From: Proteromonas lacertae
Lineage: Eukaryota
Assembly: GCA_002245135.1 (NCBI GenBank)
Contig: NGBS01001197.1
Coordinates: 1-64,000, forward strand
Direction of reading: 5' to 3'
Length of the DNA stretch: 64,000 bases
The notes beneath the pieces were generated by a model. It was not told where the DNA came from. It saw only the letters and a list, made by a program, of their open reading frames with translations, and ran no database searches. A program made the position numbers and the translations under genes. Below are positions 22,144 to 34,474 of the stretch, one piece after another (the first letter of the stretch is position 1; each line of letters opens with the position of its first letter).

Positions 22144-23591
22144 CTATTCACTTTTTTTTTTGGATTTTGATTTTTTCGATTCACCACTACTACATATTCT
22201 ACAATTATCACTTCGATCATTTCCATAACACTCAGTATGATATTCAATTCCACAATTTGGACAATTTCTTGTATTAGCTAAACCAAATGGTAGAAAACAT
22301 AAACCACAACATTCAATTACATCACTTAACTTACTTAAATCATATTTATTATCTTTAGATGGATTATTTTCTTTTTCTGTTTTTAGTTTATATGAATAAC
22401 TTAAGATATGTCCAAATGTTATATCATCTTCACCAATACATTTCTTATAATGACTTTTCTTGTCTAATTGATCTTTGATATGAGTATGTTTCACAATTCC
22501 ACTATTATTATAAAATATAAATGAAATAAATATATTAAATAAATACTATTTTGGTTTTCCTGGATATATGAATTGTATTGGAACTTTGTAATAAATATTG
22601 GATAGTTCAAATTTCTTTCTCAAATCTTTAGGTAAGTCTTTCTTTGATATTTTCATTACAGGATAAGCACCAAAATAATGGGAATCATGCCAATATAATT
22701 CATACAAACTATAATAAGATAATAAATAAAATATACTCATCTTTCAAATAGGATTCAGATGGTTTTTCTATTTCTACTTTAACACCAGGATAATTTAATC
22801 TCTCTTCATCAGAATCACTCTCAGTCAAATCATCATCAGATTCTTCATCCTTATTTATGGATATAAATAACCTATCATCTACATCACTATCATATAATTC
22901 ATTCTGACAATAAGGGCAAATATTTCCAACACAAATGAAATGATATTCTAATAAATATAATGATCAAAAATTAATATATATACGTAATCCACAATTATTG
23001 CATATTATTAGTTTTATCTTTATTCTTTTATTAATTTCTTGACTTTGTGGATGAATATTGAAACATTTAAAGCATCCAATAGCTATTTAATAACAGTTAA
23101 ATATACAACAATATATACGTTTATGTTTGAATCTTCTATCTCCTTTCTTGTATAGACTATATCTCCACTATATAATTAAAGAATTAATAATAAAATTTAT
23201 ATACATAAGCATATTTAAATGAACTTTTATCAGGAATTATTGCAAATTCATCAAATATTTTTTCAATATTTATATTATGTAATCTATCACCTCTTTCAAT
23301 TGAACTAATAAAGAAATAAAATAAACCTAATAATATACTATTGTTGAAATATATCACCATCTTCGATGAATGTAATTAACAACACTTTATGAGTGAATGG
23401 ACAAGAATCATAATCAATTTTCACAATTTTTGGTATTTCATCTTCAGGCATAACCATTGCAAATGTTTTATTATATTTATCATATACAATTGAATATGGT
23501 TTAAATGTTTCTCTACAAATTGGTTCACTTACATGTATTATATTATTATTATTATAACTATATGATTGATGTTTAACATTATTATTATCTT

Positions 23592-23624
<33 letters not shown>

Positions 23625-24911
23625 CTTCTTCTATTTCTTCAACATCACTACTATTAGATTCATCTTCATTACTATCATCATCATCATAATCATCATCTCC
23701 AATGTCGATTCTCTTTATTCTATTATTATTGTTATTGTCTGAAACATGTTTTAACTTCTTTCGTTTGGGTTTTTCATCATCATCACTATTTTCATCTCCA
23801 CTTTCTATATTAACTATTTTCTTCTTATTATTTGAAATATGATTATTTTTCTTTGATTTTTTTCTCTTATGATTATCTTCATCATTATCATCTACTCCAT
23901 CAATAACTATTTCATTACTTTTCTCAACTCTATCATATCTCTTCTTTGGTTTCATTATTTTTGTTATTAAATCCTTTAAAGTATCATCATCTTCTTCAAT
24001 ATTATCTTTATTATCTTCTATTGGATCTGGAATTGGTATTCCTATCTGATTGGTTGGTTGAATAACTACTTCATTAATCTCCATCTTATTCATTTTCTTA
24101 TTTTCAGTTTCTAAAATTGGTGGTGAAATAGGAGGTGATATTGATGGGGAAATTGAATAACTACTTACAGATGTTGGTTGTGAAAAAATCTCTGGAGAAT
24201 CTAAAGATGAGATTTTATTGTTATTATTATCCAATTGAATAGAAAAAGAAGAGTTATTGCCATTTGATGATGATGTATTTTGATATATTTTTGATGAACA
24301 ATTTGAACATATTGAAGTCTTTAATATTTTCATATTAATTTCATTAAAACATTCTTTATGATATATCATATGACATTCATTGCATTCTACTAAATTATTA
24401 TCACTATATCCTTTATATTCAGATAAATTAATAATTGATCCACACTTGTTACATATATACAGCTTATTTCGAATAATATAATCTCGATTTGTCTTTTCTT
24501 GACTATATGCATACTATTTTATTATATTGCATTACAAATGTACTTTAAATATTCTATAAATATTAAGCTGATCTTTATTTGGAAGTAAATATGTAACTCT
24601 AGATGCACTTGTATAATCATTGAATGGAACTATATCTCCCATATCTATCAATTGTCTATATTATATTTTAATTTAACACTATATACACTTCTAAGGAGTA
24701 AGTTTCTGAAGATAACATCAAGATGTAGATGTTCTGTTGTAAATCACTACCATTATTTTTTGAGTTTATATGAAGTATATCTTTTATTAGTCCTGGTTGA
24801 GAAGGATGAGTTTTGTTATTCCAAACAATATCATTCTCAGAACTATTTCATTACAATAAAATAATAATATTACAATAACTGAGAGAGTATTGGAGATGTT
24901 GTGTTTGACAT
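22144..24911 (-). CDS. Multi-PHD-finger chromatin protein with PWWP-like segments (many introns)
   Basis: CNKC..CNECHMIYHKEC..CSNC; CGLC..CPNCGIEYHTEC..CRIC; LYWHDSHYFGAYPV..VPIQFI; acidic/Lys-rich linker. Confidence 0.75.
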
Positions 24912-25046
24912 TGATGAGATTTATCTCAATCTAATTTTTCAAAATAGATTTTAATTTTTCAAACACCCATTTCATATTTTAAATTAAACAAAAACAATAA
25001 CAATAACAAAAAAACATCATAAATAGGTTATTATATTTTATAGTAT

Positions 25047-26093
25047 TTATAATCTCACACACAAGTCATTGTTAGGATGGTGATTTTGGATTTTCATACA
25101 CATTTCTTCTGCTTCAACTATTTCATTTCCTCCTATATATAACTCACTCACTTTTAAACATTTCCATAAATTATCTACCAATAAATCAAATCCAATTATA
25201 TCAATCTTATTTTCTATTTATTTCATATTATATATATTTATTTATATATTTATATACTTCTAATTGACAGTATTTTCAATTCTCTTAAATATTCACATTT
25301 GTTTATAAAATAAGATATTCCAATACTGCTGATTTTATTATCTTTATATTATATTGTTATAGATTTATACAAGATAATGTTATTTCTTTCAATCTATTTA
25401 CTTTTTCAAACATTTCACAAAAATATTCAAATCCATCATCATCTATTTCATTTTCTATTTCATTTTATTATTACTATTATTATAAATACTACTTATATCA
25501 ATTATTTCGACTGATTTTAAACAACTCATTTTGCTATAACACATATTCTAATCCACTGTTTTTCATCATTAATTTGCCTATTTACAAATATTATCCATTT
25601 CATTTATACTATCATAAATATATAAATCATTTTCTTTCAATAACATTTCACTTGATAATCGATTATTTAACCAATTCTCAACTCTTTCATCTAGTTTATG
25701 ATATATATCAAAATAGATTTTATCTTCTTTCATTCGATTTATATAATTTCTATTTCCCATTTCTTCGATATTCTCTTTTTCCAATATCATTTCTTCTATA
25801 CATTTTCTTTCTTTTTCTTTCATTTCATTCTTTTCTAATTTATTTATCAACTCTTTTTTATCCATATTTAATAATTCTTTTAATATTCTATTCTTATTCA
25901 CATTTAGACCAGTATTTACACTACTATTTGGTATTTCAACAAAAACACTATTCTCTTCTATTCTCATCTTCAACATTTCATCAAGCGATAAACACTTCAT
26001 TACTTTCACACATTCAATCACATATTTCTTATCACTCTCTTTCAATTCACTAAGTTCGTATGACTTAATAGTTACATCTCCATTTACCTTCAT
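25047..26093 (-). pseudogene. LRR gene copy R with a 1-bp insertion creating an in-frame TAG
   Basis: Left copy GTG TTA TGC AAA versus right copy GTG TTA TAG CAA (extra base at about 25535). Could be a sequencing error. Confidence 0.6.
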
Positions 26094-26276
26094 TTCATCT
26101 AGATCCTACAATTTATCTCAATAATAATATGATAATCGAGATTAATCTTCACAAGGATGAGAAAATAAACTAAATTCAAAATAGAATTTGGCTTGATCTA
26201 TCAAACATATTATTTTGATTTTTCTGTTTTTTTCTTCATAGATACACACTCATAAACAATTTTTATTTTATCATTA

Positions 26277-27863
26277 TTATTGATTCGTTGTACTACTATT
26301 TGAATTATCACTATTCATTATTATATTATTCACATAACAAATATCTTTCAAAAATACTAAACCATCGATTGACATTTTGTTTAAGATTTCATTACTTTCT
26401 ATCTTCAATCCATTATTCATCTCTTTCTCTCGCAAGATTATATTATTTATTATATCTTCAGGATTTAACTCTTTATTGTTATTATTATATGTGTTTTTCA
26501 TTTCATTTTGAATTCTTAATATCTCATTATTTATATCATTCTCTTCTTCACAAACAAACGATTTTAATGTATTAGGAATTTCTTTTACTTTATTACTTTC
26601 ACTAAAGGCTTTTACATATTTCATTTTACGATTATTTGGATGATTTAAATATCGATGTTCATCTATTCATTATATTATTATTATTATCATCATATATACT
26701 TCGAATTGATAATCGACCATTTATCATTTCATCATCACTATCAACATCTTTCTCTTCTTCACATTTATTCTCTAATCCATAAGCTAAATATCGCCACATA
26801 TTATGATAATCAATTGTTTCTAAATGTAAATCAAATTCTTTTTCACATTCAATTTTTACTTTATTAAAATCGATTTTCACACTTCTCTCATTTCTTATTA
26901 ATCTGTAGATTGTATCGATTATATATTCGATTTCTTGCATTGTTAAATTATTACAATAAACTCTCTTCAATTGATTTAAACTTTCAAAATAATGTTTCTT
27001 ATAAAATAATTCAATTGCACAACCACTATTATATTATATTAATAAATATACAATGATTTTTCATATTGATTGATTTGTCTCTGAGATGTTTCGATTGAAT
27101 ATAATTCTTTTAAGAATTTATTTACTTCTTCATATTCATTTCGAATGGTTGGAGATAAAGAATTAAAACATTGTTCATATAACATTGTCATTCCATTTCG
27201 ATTTCTTTTTTCACCATTTAATAGTTTCTTTATTTCTCCTTTATGTAACATCGAATATAAAGATAAACCACTTTTACAAGGATTTCCAACTAAACGATTA
27301 TGACACATGTTTAATCGCTTTTGTAAACATGCTTCTGTCACTTTCGGCATTTTGTTTAACATTTCAATAGGAATTATACTATCCATTCTTCGATTAATTG
27401 TCATTTCTCTATTGTTATTGTTGTTTGTTGTTGTTGTTGAACTAACAGTCTTCAAAGAAGAAGAGTTACAAAACGAAAATGATCCAGAGGTAAACGGTTT
27501 GGCCATTAAATTAGTAAATGGTGCAGATATTTGATTAGAAGGAGGTAATAAGGAAGAAGAACTATTTACTGGATGTTGAACTGGTAAACCAAAAAAAGGA
27601 GATGGAACTGGATTGACTATTGGAGTTGGATTGGTTATAGGTGTTGGGGAAACAGAAGTGTGTGAAATCAAGGGAGTTGAGAGTGGGGACGATAAAAGGG
27701 ATAAATTGTCAGAATATGACATTGATACATTTGATGAGGAGTTTGTTGAAACTGGAGGTGTTGAATATAAAAGAGGATCAGCTACTATCGTCAAATCACA
27801 ACTCAATAATCGACCACATCTACTTCGACCAAATAATGGTAATCTGATTGTTTTATAGTTCAT
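26277..27863 (-). CDS. HMG-box-like + Myb/SANT-like protein (copy R)
   Basis: Mirror of 16568-18154; 3 aa differences in the 274-aa first ORF. Confidence 0.6.
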
Positions 27864-27969
27864 GGATCTTTCAATAAATGGAATTAATTAATTCTATTTT
27901 GATCAAATCATTTGTTTGATAAAACGAATCAAAATTTCAAAAATCGATAATTCAAAATTGAGAAGTCAA

Positions 27970-30381
27970 ATGACTGAATTGAACAGTTCTGCGAGATATC
28001 CAATGATAATGGTATGATTTTGAGAATAAAAGTGAATAGAAAAGTGAAATTTTTGTTGTTAAGAGTAAGAAAGCTATAGTATGAAATCTAAAATAATGTG
28101 AATAGCCTTACAATAAATACATTTCATCATACAAATATAAACCAGTGAATAATATTTTATCTAAGAACAAAAATAGTAATTTGGAGAGTATAATAAAGAT
28201 CCAAAGTGTAATTCGAGGATGGCTAATTCGACACCGTCATATGGAATATAAAAGTGAAGAGAATGAAAAGAGTGATATTGAGAGTGAAAATCCTTCATTT
28301 CTTTCTTCCTTAAATCCTCCAATTGGAAGTATATGTAAAGAAATGGATGATGGTGATATATTGAACAACACAATATCGAATTTGTTGATAAACAATAGTG
28401 AAATAATCCATAAAAAGATAAGTGAATTATTAAAAGAAATAAATGAATTAGAAAGTGAAATAATGAAAAAAGGCAAAGAAATAATGAAATTGAAGAATGA
28501 AATATTGAATAATGAGAATGAAAAAGAGATGTTAAATAAAGAAATGGAAGATAAGAATAAACTAATCGAAAAAGAAAAGAATGATAAAATGAAATTAAAG
28601 AAAGAAATCAAAGAGAATGAAGAAATCAAAGAAGAAAATGAATCATTAAGAGTATAAATATAAATATAATAATAATAATAATATGATATATTGAATAGAA
28701 AGAAATAATAAAATTTGAAAAAGAGTTGAAGAATAAAATGAAAGAGAATGAAGAAATGAGTACAGAGAATAATGAGATGAAAGAGTTAATAGGAAATAAC
28801 AAAGAAAATTTGAAAGAATTAGAGAATATAAAAGAAGAGAATGAGATATTGAGTGATAATTTAAACAGTTTAGAAAGTGAATATCGAATATTATTAAATG
28901 AGAATGAAAAACTGAAAGAAAAGAATAAGAAAAGTAAAATAATAATAAAAGAAATGAATGATAGTTTAAACAGTAAAATATTAGAATGTGAAGAATTGAG
29001 AATGAGAAATGGAATAACAAAAAGTGATGAATATAAAGAGATGTTAAATGATATAAAGATGAAAGATGAAGAGATAAATGAGTTAAAAATGGAATTGATA
29101 AAAAGTGTGAAAGAAAAAGAAGAGATATTAAAAGAGAATGAAATAATGACAAAAACAAAATATAACAAAGAAATAAGTGAATATTCAAAGAGAATGAAAG
29201 AAATATGTAAAAATATGAAAGAAGAGAAAATGAATATAAAAGAAGAGATGAGAAGATTAAAAGAAGAAATAATGAAAGATATAACAATGATCTATGATTT
29301 AATACTAAAACTATCATTACAAAAATCCATCAATTCAATAATCTCTTGTTCATCTTCTCCATCTCCATATTCAATAAATAAAACATCATTTTCATCACCT
29401 TCACTTCCTTTTCATTCATCTTTTGTTTCTCAATCACCTCCACCACCACCACCAATTCCATTATCTTTATCATCTGATGAAAGAATGAATGAATCAATAT
29501 TAATAAACTCCAACAAAATGGAAGTGATATTATATTGTAAAGAAATGGAAATGAAAGATAGTAAATATCCATATTTAAGAATAAATGATAATAATGAAAT
29601 CTATTATTATAAAGACAATTCATCAATCAGAACTCCATTGATATATTCAATAAACCATATAATAAGAAAAGGAAATAAAATATGTAATTCATTATTAGAA
29701 AGAGAGAAAATGATGTTGAAAAGTGATAGAAATATTTGTTTTATATTTGTGAATAATGAAATGAATAATATAATAATGAATAATGAGATGAATCAATTTA
29801 TCAATTATTCAATTCAAAATCTATTGAAGAAAGAAGAGAATGAAGAAATCTCAATAAGTAGTTTAATAATAATCAATAATGAGATATATGATATATTTAA
29901 TCCATTAAAAGTGAATGATGAAAATGAAAATGAAATGAATGATGAATTATTATTATCCAAATTAACATTTATCTCGTTTAATACAATAGATGAAATGAAA
30001 TTGTTAATAGAAAGAATAAATGAAGAATATAAAGAAAATCGAGAAAGTAAATTAATAATAATAATCAAAAGTGAATCAAAAGAAGAAGAAGAGAAATATG
30101 AAATATATTATGATATAAACTTGAAAAGAAATAAAAATGAAAAAGAAATGAAAGAATTAGTGAAATATTTAAATAAATATAAGAATAATGATAATGTAAT
30201 AAGAAATAATAATTGTTTATCAGTGTTAATAGAAGAATTAAATCCATCAATAATAGTGAATGGAATATTGTGTTTAAAAGAAAAAGAGAGTGTAGAAAGA
30301 GTGTTAGAAATATGTCATTCACTATCATCAAGATGTGTAAGAAAGAATAATAGTAATAAAAATAAAAACAATATAATGTAA
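27970..30381 (+). CDS. IQ + coiled-coil + degenerate kinesin-like domain protein (copy R)
   Basis: Mirror of 14060-16461; spliced start MTELNSSARYPMIM|KSEIF..KAI|PYNKY. Confidence 0.75.
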
Positions 30382-30424
30382 ATAATGTTTGTTGATGTTT
30401 AAAAAGAAAATAATGAAATTACCA

Positions 30425-30454
30425 AAATTGACATAAATTGACATAAATTGACAT
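30425..30454 (+). promoter_or_regulatory. (AAATTGACAT)x3 tandem upstream of the EGF gene (copy R)
   Basis: Three perfect 10-bp units ending 50 bp before the ATG at 30505. Confidence 0.55.
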
Positions 30455-30504
30455 GGCTTGATATTCAAACAAGCTGAAACGACTATAAACGTATTTGAAA
30501 AATT

Positions 30505-33500
30505 ATGATTAAAGATATCTTCATAATAAGCTTGTTATTAGGTGTAGTGATAAGTGTATGTCCTAACAACTGTAATGCGCATGGTCGTTGTATTGATGGA
30601 AGTTGTGTTTGTTTTGATTTAACAGGAGTTGGTGATGGAAAGAGTTACACAGGAAACGACTGTAGTTTATTAAAATGTCCAGAAGGAAATCCGTTATTTG
30701 CTAGTGGCAGTTCTTATCCTGTAAGTAGTGGAAGTGATTTTGGTTATTTTGTTAGAGAATTGTATGAAAACAAACAATCTTCTAAAAGAGAACTTATTGA
30801 CTCAACAATGACTATTGTTGGTGATGCTATAGATTCTACTACAGGAATTTATAAAGTAACAACAGAAACAGATTTTTTCAAACCATTACCTAAAATTGGA
30901 GGTTATATTCAATGCAGTTATACTCCAAGTGGTAGTGATACCATAAAAGATGGTAAAATTGAAGTAATTGGAGTGAGTGATGATAAATCAACTGCTTATA
31001 TAGAGTTAGGTGGAGAAATAAAAGCTGATACACCAGTTACTTGTAATGAAATATTATCATCTAGAAAATCAATGGTTTATTATGGTCCAAATCATGTAAT
31101 TAGTGCTGTTACAAGAAGACAATTAGCTACAGGTGATGGAACTTTAACATGGAGTAAATATGGTGTGATATTTAAAGATTTGGGAATATTACAACCACCA
31201 CCAACACAACCAGTTAAACCTTCAGAGAGAAGAAATTTAGAAGGAGAAATTACTTATACAAATGACAAATTTAAGTTTGTGTGTTATACATCTCCATCAA
31301 ATGTATTAACTGAATATTCAGCTACAGCAACTTACACAGAACCTGTAGATCCTGCTAAGCCAAATGATGATTTAACCTTTACTTTAAGTAAATCATCACA
31401 AGATTTATCAACTTCTTCATATTGTTATTGTTTAATGGATGGTAATGTAACTGCAACAACAGTTGATAAAACTGAATTAATGGAAATAGTAACAAAAGAT
31501 AAAGATAATAAATATTATATTGGTAAATATATTGCAGGAACTGCAGGTGAAGAGAAAGATGAAAATGGTTATTCAGTAATTATTTTATCAGGTATATTGA
31601 CAGTAGGTAGTGGTGTAACAAGTGTAGATATTACCTTAACATCTGCATCGCCATTTATTTCTTCAGGTAGAGTTGTTTATGTTGATGTATTAGCAGATAA
31701 TAAAATCAGTGAAAAAGTAGGGGAAATAACTGATGTGTCAGAATCAACATTTAAATTATCACAACTTGCTGCAAATGATATTATTTTACCATATATCAAA
31801 ATGCATTCATCAAATCCAACAATACCAACAACACCAAATGGTAATGTTGTGGAGGGTAATTTGTTTATAGTTTATAGTTTAGCTGATGTGATAATTTCTC
31901 AATTAAATAAAAATGTTGGTGGAAAATTACAATGTAGTTATGATAAAGATGTTAGTATTGTAGTTGATGTTAAAGGATATGAAAAATCTGAAAAGAATCA
32001 TGTTTATTACAGTTATATTCAATTTCCAGTTGAAATAACTGCTGATAATATTGCTACAGTTAAATGTAGTAAAATCATCTCAAAACGTAAAGATTTTACT
32101 TTATACAATCCATTGAAATTAGATACAGCTCTAACAGATAATAAATTAACATGGACAGGATATGCAGAAATATTGAAAGATATAAAATTTGATGGTGTTA
32201 ATTTTGCTTGTTATAATCCTGAAGAAGTAGAGGGTGAAGATAAAGATTTAATTACTGTATATGATAAAGTGACAGTTACAAAACCTAATCCAGCTGATAG
32301 TGGTAAAGATGTTTTATTTACAATTTCAGTTACTTCTCCATTAACTCTTCCTACAGAAGGTAGTATTTGTTATTTATCAGCTACAAGTGATGGTAAAGGT
32401 ATAACTGATTTAATGGAAAGTGATTTAAGTTCTTATATAAGAAAAGATGGTGAAAAGTATTATTTTGGCAAATATGAAAAACCAGATGAAGGTAAAATTA
32501 AAGTTGTACCAGATCCTGAAACTTTAACTCCTGTGTTTATATTAGATAATTCAAATAATGCAATAACCACTAATACAATCAAAATTGATGAAAGTCAGTT
32601 ACAAAGTGATGATTTGGAATATTTCGAAGTTGGTAAAACCATTTATATTGAAGTAGTTGGTAAAGATAATATTCCTTATTTTCATAAAGCAACAATAATA
32701 CAACCAAGAGAAAGAATATTAGCTACAGTTGAAAAGACAATATATTATAATCCTCCAATACCAACTGATGTTACACCAACAGGAGTTATTTCGGTATATC
32801 CAGTAAATGAAGAAATTACACTTACTCCTATTTATGCTACAGACAAATTATACACAGTAACAAATTTCTTTGATGATTTAATCTCAAAATTACCACAAAA
32901 ATTTGGTGGTAAATTGCAATGTAAATATATAAAAACAACAATAGGATCAGATCCTGCAAATACTGAAGCAGTAGCTGGCTTTGCTGATGTAAAAGGATAT
33001 ATAAAAACAGAAAGTGAATCTTATGCATATATCCAATTTGATCATCCAATGAAAAGTAAATCTTCAGCTTCTAATCCAACACAAGATCCACCAGTGATTG
33101 AGTATTACATTGAAGATGTTGTATGTACTGATATCATCTCAATAAGAAATGATATGTCATTATATAATCCAACATCAGTAAGTGGTGATAAAATAACATG
33201 GAATGGATATGGATCAATATTAACTGAAATTGGATTTATTATACCAACAGAACCAGTAACATATACATTTACTTGTTATAATCCAACAAATAAAATGATG
33301 AAAGATTTTATAACATCACCAATTACAATTCCAGAAAGTGGTGATGTTGTATTTACATTTACAAATCCTCCAACAGATGGTGATATGTGTTATTTATTAG
33401 CTGATAAAGAAGGAAAACCAATTACAATTCAATCAAGTGAATTGTCTGATTATGTAAGAGTAGAAAATGGTGAATATTATTATGGTAAATATGTTGATGT

Positions 33501-34374
33501 TGAAGAAAATAAGTATGAAACAATCCAAAATGATGATGGAAGTGTAACTCAAATATTAGGAAAAGGTTTATTTACAGATAAAGAAGAAGAAAATGATTCT
33601 ACTAAAGATATGATTAATATAGCAAAGTTAAATAATCCTGATTCTCCATCAATTGCTTATCCTCCATCTTTAATAAGTGATGGAATAAAGAAATTAATGG
33701 TTTCTGGAACAACAATGATATTTTTAATCGATGGAACAACTCAATCTACTCAAATATTAAAAGTGATAGTAAATGAAAAAGATAAATTTGAATTATCATT
33801 AAGTAAACCAATATCTTATACAAATTCACCTCCAAGATTATTAAGTAATACTCGATCATTGCTTCCAACATCTCCATTAACAATTACATTCTCAACAGAA
33901 GGATCAGTTCATAAATCATTAGAATGTAGTGGTCAAGGAAGTTGTGATAGAACAAGTGGCATATGTTCATGTTATGATGGATTTAGTGGAAGTGCTTGTC
34001 AAAGATTAGATTGTCCAAATAATTGTAATGGAAATGGTCGATGTGTTGCTTTAAGTGAATTATTATCAAATGAAGATTTGAAAGATTATGATGGATATGG
34101 AAATAAACGAACAATTAATGAAGATAATAAAGATGTTGAATTTGATGATCAAATATTTGGTTGTTTATGTGATAAAAGACATCGTGGATATGATTGTAGT
34201 TTAATAGAATGTCCATCTGGTTTAGATCCAGAAGAAGCAACAAATGGAACACCAGGAAGTGATGAATATCGAGATTGTAGTGGAAGAGGTATTTGTAATT
34301 ACTCAACAGGTGTTTGTGAATGTTTTGATGGATTTAGTGGAGAAGGATGTCAAAACCAAGTTCAAATGATGTAA
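30505..34374 (+). CDS. Secreted 1289-aa Sig1/mastigoneme-type EGF protein with large repeated insert (copy R)
   Basis: Same architecture as 10041-13931; termini near-identical, centre mosaic. Confidence 0.88.
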   Translation: MIKDIFIISLLLGVVISVCPNNCNAHGRCIDGSCVCFDLTGVGDGKSYTGNDCSLLKCPEGNPLFASGSSYPVSSGSDFGYFVRELYENKQSSKRELIDSTMTIVGDAIDSTTGIYKVTTETDFFKPLPKIGGYIQCSYTPSGSDTIKDGKIEVIGVSDDKSTAYIELGGEIKADTPVTCNEILSSRKSMVYYGPNHVISAVTRRQLATGDGTLTWSKYGVIFKDLGILQPPPTQPVKPSERRNLEGEITYTNDKFKFVCYTSPSNVLTEYSATATYTEPVDPAKPNDDLTFTLSKSSQDLSTSSYCYCLMDGNVTATTVDKTELMEIVTKDKDNKYYIGKYIAGTAGEEKDENGYSVIILSGILTVGSGVTSVDITLTSASPFISSGRVVYVDVLADNKISEKVGEITDVSESTFKLSQLAANDIILPYIKMHSSNPTIPTTPNGNVVEGNLFIVYSLADVIISQLNKNVGGKLQCSYDKDVSIVVDVKGYEKSEKNHVYYSYIQFPVEITADNIATVKCSKIISKRKDFTLYNPLKLDTALTDNKLTWTGYAEILKDIKFDGVNFACYNPEEVEGEDKDLITVYDKVTVTKPNPADSGKDVLFTISVTSPLTLPTEGSICYLSATSDGKGITDLMESDLSSYIRKDGEKYYFGKYEKPDEGKIKVVPDPETLTPVFILDNSNNAITTNTIKIDESQLQSDDLEYFEVGKTIYIEVVGKDNIPYFHKATIIQPRERILATVEKTIYYNPPIPTDVTPTGVISVYPVNEEITLTPIYATDKLYTVTNFFDDLISKLPQKFGGKLQCKYIKTTIGSDPANTEAVAGFADVKGYIKTESESYAYIQFDHPMKSKSSASNPTQDPPVIEYYIEDVVCTDIISIRNDMSLYNPTSVSGDKITWNGYGSILTEIGFIIPTEPVTYTFTCYNPTNKMMKDFITSPITIPESGDVVFTFTNPPTDGDMCYLLADKEGKPITIQSSELSDYVRVENGEYYYGKYVDVEENKYETIQNDDGSVTQILGKGLFTDKEEENDSTKDMINIAKLNNPDSPSIAYPPSLISDGIKKLMVSGTTMIFLIDGTTQSTQILKVIVNEKDKFELSLSKPISYTNSPPRLLSNTRSLLPTSPLTITFSTEGSVHKSLECSGQGSCDRTSGICSCYDGFSGSACQRLDCPNNCNGNGRCVALSELLSNEDLKDYDGYGNKRTINEDNKDVEFDDQIFGCLCDKRHRGYDCSLIECPSGLDPEEATNGTPGSDEYRDCSGRGICNYSTGVCECFDGFSGEGCQNQVQMM

Positions 34375-34474
34375 TGCCATATTATTACATTCATTTTATT
34401 CTTATTATTGAAAAGATTTTATTATTTTGTGTGTTGTGTATAATTTTAATAAATCATAAAATATATAAACAAAA

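Noticed and set aside
30376..30394. TGTTTGTT 4 nt after a TAA, recalling Blastocystis polyadenylation-created stop codons
   Set aside because: Single instance, and every gene end I traced has an encoded stop codon, so the mechanism is not supported here.
30505..34374. Diversity-generating retroelement as the cause of hypervariability
   Set aside because: No reverse transcriptase or template repeat in the window; the changes include indels and are not confined to adenines.
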